From Candidatus Heimdallarchaeota archaeon (GTDB lineage: Archaea > Asgardarchaeota > Heimdallarchaeia > Heimdallarchaeales > Heimdallarchaeaceae), in contig JAEOSZ010000024.1 in NCBI GenBank assembly GCA_016840095.1, positions 32,001 to 96,000 of the forward strand: a stretch of DNA of 64,000 nt, in the 5' to 3' direction. Positions 60,869 through 64,000 of this stretch are shown here, one piece after another. The notes under the pieces were generated by a model. It was not told the DNA's origin. It did not search any database and was given only the letters and a program-made list of their open reading frames with translations. Positions within the stretch are counted from its first letter, which is position 1, and each line of letters starts with the position of its first letter. The position numbers were made by a program, and so were the translations under genes.

Positions 60869-60917
60869 ACAATTACCTCTTTTAGTTTTGAAAAGTGAAA
60901 GTAAAAAAAGTTAGTAC

Positions 60918-61061
60918 TTACTTTGTCGTTTTATAAGAAGTATCTGAATGAGATTTAGTATCTCGCAAAGCCTTAACAAATATAACCAAAAATGCTAAAC
61001 CTACAGCTGTAGCTAGTGTCGTAATTATAACAGTCAGGTAAGGAAACGTAAATGTTGCCAT
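60918..61061 (-). CDS. Small single-TM protein (47 aa), absent from the ORF track
   Basis: MATFTFPYLTVIITTLATAVGLAFLVIFVKALRDTKSHSDTSYKTTK; AGGTGA SD 5 nt upstream. Confidence 0.7.
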   Translation of the reverse strand: MATFTFPYLTVIITTLATAVGLAFLVIFVKALRDTKSHSDTSYKTTK

Positions 61062-61149
61062 TTCATTCACCTTTTGCAATTACATAGATACTAACAGAGT
61101 AATTCTTAAAACTTTCCCGACAAAAATCAATCGTCGCTAGGAAATATTT

Positions 61150-61179
61150 AAAAAGAGAAAAAGGGCGACATAAAAGCCC
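61150..61179 (-). terminator. Short hairpin plus T-tract after the P-type ATPase
   Basis: Minus strand GGGC-TTTTATGTC-GCCC followed by TTTTTCTCTTTTT, 3 nt after the stop. Confidence 0.5.
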
Positions 61180-61182
61180 AAA

Positions 61183-63993
61183 CTAGAGACAAACACTAGG
61201 ATCAAAGTCTGGAACATATCTAGTAGGTTGTATTTTATTGACTATGAATTTACGAAGTTCTTCAACAGCAGCTATTGGTAACATTGTGAGTAGAATGATC
61301 CCCCAGTGTATTCCAGATAGTGGGAAAGTTTTGATTGCAGGTTGTAAGAAAGGAATGTAAATTGCTGCCATTAATAGAATAACTCCTAAAGCAATTGCAC
61401 CAAAGAGGGATTTGTTCTGGAAGATTCTTCTAGAAAAGATTGTTCGACCTCTACTAGTTGAAAGAGAGTTGGCTAATTGATAAATTACTAATGAAGCAAA
61501 GACCATAGTTTGACCAATCTTGATGTTCTCTTCAGTAATAGCTGAACCAAACCCTATGGCCCAATAGAAAACAAACATTGAACCAATAGCATAGAGAACA
61601 CCAGTTATAGCTATCTTGATTAACATAACCTTGTCAAGAAGAGGTTCGTTAGGATCTCTTGGAGGACGTTGCATGACATTTTCTTCAGGAGCGCTAAGAC
61701 CTAAAGCTAGTGCAGGAAAAGCATCTGTAACGATATTAATGAAGAGCAATTGAATAGCTAGAACTGGGAGAACGATGTTATCTAAAACAATAGCACCAAT
61801 GATTAAACCAAAGAGAACTGTAAGGATTTCTCCAGCATTAGCAGAGAGTAAGTAAGCAATGAATTTTTTCATGTTATCATAAATTAATCTACCTTCAGAA
61901 ACAGCATCAATAATATTAGCAAAATTATCATCAACAAGTATCATGTCACTAGCTTCTTTAGCAACGTCAGTACCAGCAATACCCATAGCAACACCAATGT
62001 CAGAGCGTTTAAGAGCAGGTGCATCATTCACACCATCGCCAGTCATAATTACTACTTCTCCATTCCTTTTTAGAGCATTTACTATTCTAAGCTTATGAGC
62101 TGGATTGACTCTAGCAAATATTTCTGTTTCATCAACAGCTTCGTAGAGTTTTTCATCTGACATCTCATCTAATTCTCTGCCTGATATTGGTTCAGTATCC
62201 TTACACAGAGTAATAGAACGACCAATTGCTCTAGCTGTAGTCATATGATCTCCAGTTATCATTGTAACTTTGATTCCAGCTTGCCTTGCTCTATCAATTG
62301 ATGGTTTGGACTGATCTCTTGGTGGATCAATCATTGATACGAACCCAACGAAAGTTAGATTTTTTTCAGCATCTTCTTGGAAACCAGAGAGAATTAGTTT
62401 AGTTGATGTTTCTGAATCGAGGGTTCTCATTGCTAAACCTAAGATTCTATAAGCATAATGATCAGAATAAGCATTACTTATATTAAGAATCTCATGCTTT
62501 TCCGCTTCTTCTAACGGGTGAATCATCCCATTAACATATTTAGTATCACAAATATCAAGTAATACATCAGTTGCTCCCTTAACTAAGAGTTGGTCTTGTC
62601 CAGTTTTTTTGTTAGTAACAATAACACTCATTCTTTTTCTTTCACTGTCAAATGGGAAAAGGTATTGTCGAGACCAATCTTCTTCTATTTCTTGTTTTAA
62701 GCCGCTTTTCTCAGCTAATACAAGCAAAGAAACCTCAGTAGGGTCACCAAAAATTTCAAAGTTCAAATCATCATCTTTAACAGTGATATTAGCTTCATTG
62801 GCCAATGTACAAATCTCCAAAGATTTCAGAAGAGAAGCATCGTTTCTAGCATTTGCATGTTCAGCAGATTCAGAATAATGAATATTACCCTCACCAGAAT
62901 ACCCAGTTCCAGTGACATTATAGACGTTTTCTAAAGTCCAGACATTTTTTGCTGTCATTTCATTTTTGGTTAATGTTCCAGTTTTATCACTACAAATGAT
63001 TGTAGCAGAACCAAGAACTTCTACAGCTGGCAATTTTCGTATGAGAGATCTTTTACGAGCCATTCTAGTGACTCCAATAGCCATTGTTAATGTAAGTACA
63101 ACAGGTAATCCTTCTGGTACAGCTGCAACAGCTAAACCTATTGCAAAAATAATTGTTTCTGATATTGTAGTATCTTTCATTAAGAATATACCTATTAACA
63201 GAATAATTACAGATAGAACTGCTATCCCTATAGTTAGTTGTTTTGCTAATTTAGCAAGTTTCTTTTGAATAGGAGTATCATCTTGTTCAATTTCCATCAA
63301 CGACGATGCTATTTTACCTAATTCTGTACCTAATCCAGTTGCAACAACTATACCTATACCAGAACCGTTAACTACTGTAGTTCCTTTATAGAGCATATTT
63401 ATCCTATCAGCAAGAGGTGTTTTTTCTGGAAGAACATTTGTTTGTTTCTTAATTGGTAAAGATTCACCTGTAAGTATTCCCTCAATGGTTCTTACTTCAT
63501 AACTCTCAACTAAGCGTATATCAGCTGCAATTGTACTACCAGCTTCAAGAGCTACAATATCTCCTGGAACAAGTAGTTCAGATTTGATTAGTTTCTTCTT
63601 CTTGTCTCTAACTACAATAACTTCACTTACAGCTAGACTCTTCAAAGAGTTGATAGCTTTTTCTGCAGATAATTCTTGATAAAATCCTAAACCAGCATTT
63701 ATAGCTACTACAACAAAAATAGCTACGATTTCAACTATAGATTCTTTGTCCTTCTCAACAATACCTATTATACCAGTAATTAATCCAGAAACTAGTAAGA
63801 TGATGACTAAAAGGTCTGTAAATTGATTTAAAAGAATTTTCCAAGGACTTACTGCTCTCCCAGATGGGATAACATTTTCACCATGTTCCAGTAATTTCTC
63901 CTCTGCTTCTTTTGTTGATAAACCTTCAAATCGAGAATCGAGTTCTTCGTAAAGTTGTTCAGCTGTCTTATTGTGTCCTTCCATTAAACTCAA
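61183..63993 (-). CDS. Cation-transporting P-type ATPase, P2A (SERCA/PMR1-like Ca2+ ATPase)
   Basis: TGES, VAAVPEGL, DKTGT, KGA, DPPR, TGD, GDGVND, SANAGE, NIVTD. Confidence 0.93.
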   Translation of the reverse strand: MSLMEGHNKTAEQLYEELDSRFEGLSTKEAEEKLLEHGENVIPSGRAVSPWKILLNQFTDLLVIILLVSGLITGIIGIVEKDKESIVEIVAIFVVVAINAGLGFYQELSAEKAINSLKSLAVSEVIVVRDKKKKLIKSELLVPGDIVALEAGSTIAADIRLVESYEVRTIEGILTGESLPIKKQTNVLPEKTPLADRINMLYKGTTVVNGSGIGIVVATGLGTELGKIASSLMEIEQDDTPIQKKLAKLAKQLTIGIAVLSVIILLIGIFLMKDTTISETIIFAIGLAVAAVPEGLPVVLTLTMAIGVTRMARKRSLIRKLPAVEVLGSATIICSDKTGTLTKNEMTAKNVWTLENVYNVTGTGYSGEGNIHYSESAEHANARNDASLLKSLEICTLANEANITVKDDDLNFEIFGDPTEVSLLVLAEKSGLKQEIEEDWSRQYLFPFDSERKRMSVIVTNKKTGQDQLLVKGATDVLLDICDTKYVNGMIHPLEEAEKHEILNISNAYSDHYAYRILGLAMRTLDSETSTKLILSGFQEDAEKNLTFVGFVSMIDPPRDQSKPSIDRARQAGIKVTMITGDHMTTARAIGRSITLCKDTEPISGRELDEMSDEKLYEAVDETEIFARVNPAHKLRIVNALKRNGEVVIMTGDGVNDAPALKRSDIGVAMGIAGTDVAKEASDMILVDDNFANIIDAVSEGRLIYDNMKKFIAYLLSANAGEILTVLFGLIIGAIVLDNIVLPVLAIQLLFINIVTDAFPALALGLSAPEENVMQRPPRDPNEPLLDKVMLIKIAITGVLYAIGSMFVFYWAIGFGSAITEENIKIGQTMVFASLVIYQLANSLSTSRGRTIFSRRIFQNKSLFGAIALGVILLMAAIYIPFLQPAIKTFPLSGIHWGIILLTMLPIAAVEELRKFIVNKIQPTRYVPDFDPSVCL

Positions 63994-64000
63994 ATAATCT

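Noticed and set aside
675-63268. Numerous short antisense or nested track ORFs (e.g. 675-905, 8466-8696, 13539-13910, 14552-14917, 16382-16705, 21674-21994, 27723-28157, 32209-32403, 35147-35350, 38396-38731, 43821-44015, 62966-63268)
   Set aside because: They overlap well-supported genes and show antisense-type Ser/Phe/Ile-rich composition with no recognisable motifs
1-64000. CRISPR arrays, tRNA/rRNA genes, integrases
   Set aside because: No regularly spaced repeats, no GC-rich structured RNA islands and no recombinase motifs seen; intergenic gaps are short and AT-rich (visual inspection only)

Overview
Low-GC (roughly 30% by eye), gene-dense archaeal chromosomal segment with about 60 CDS. 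I saw no rRNA, tRNA, CRISPR array or transposase. CDP-archaeol synthase (carS), GGTGA Shine-Dalgarno sites, a Rab-like small GTPase, many C-terminally anchored surface proteins and NosD-type beta-helix proteins point to an Asgard archaeon, plausibly Heimdallarchaeia (inference). Recognisable blocks: NifX-like/MinD-ferredoxin pair; RNase III; orphan N6-adenine MTase; ThiR-thiBPQ thiamine uptake locus with a downstream choline/aminoglycoside-kinase-family gene (candidate thiamine kinase); feoA-feoB plus a Cys-rich microprotein; duplicated beta-lactamase-like hydrolases; ABC-2 exporter; tandem aryl-sulfate sulfotransferases; three peroxiredoxins plus a nitroreductase; Rab-like GTPase; P2A-type ATPase. 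The least explained elements are: a tandem pair of large paralogous membrane proteins with no family I recognise (12382-16295) right after the MTase; two apparent pseudoenzymes (archaemetzincin without Zn ligands, PAS-histidine kinase without ATP boxes); a three-gene operon with a perfect palindromic operator candidate; and four small ORFs missing from the ORF track. All calls come from motif reading only; no searches were run.
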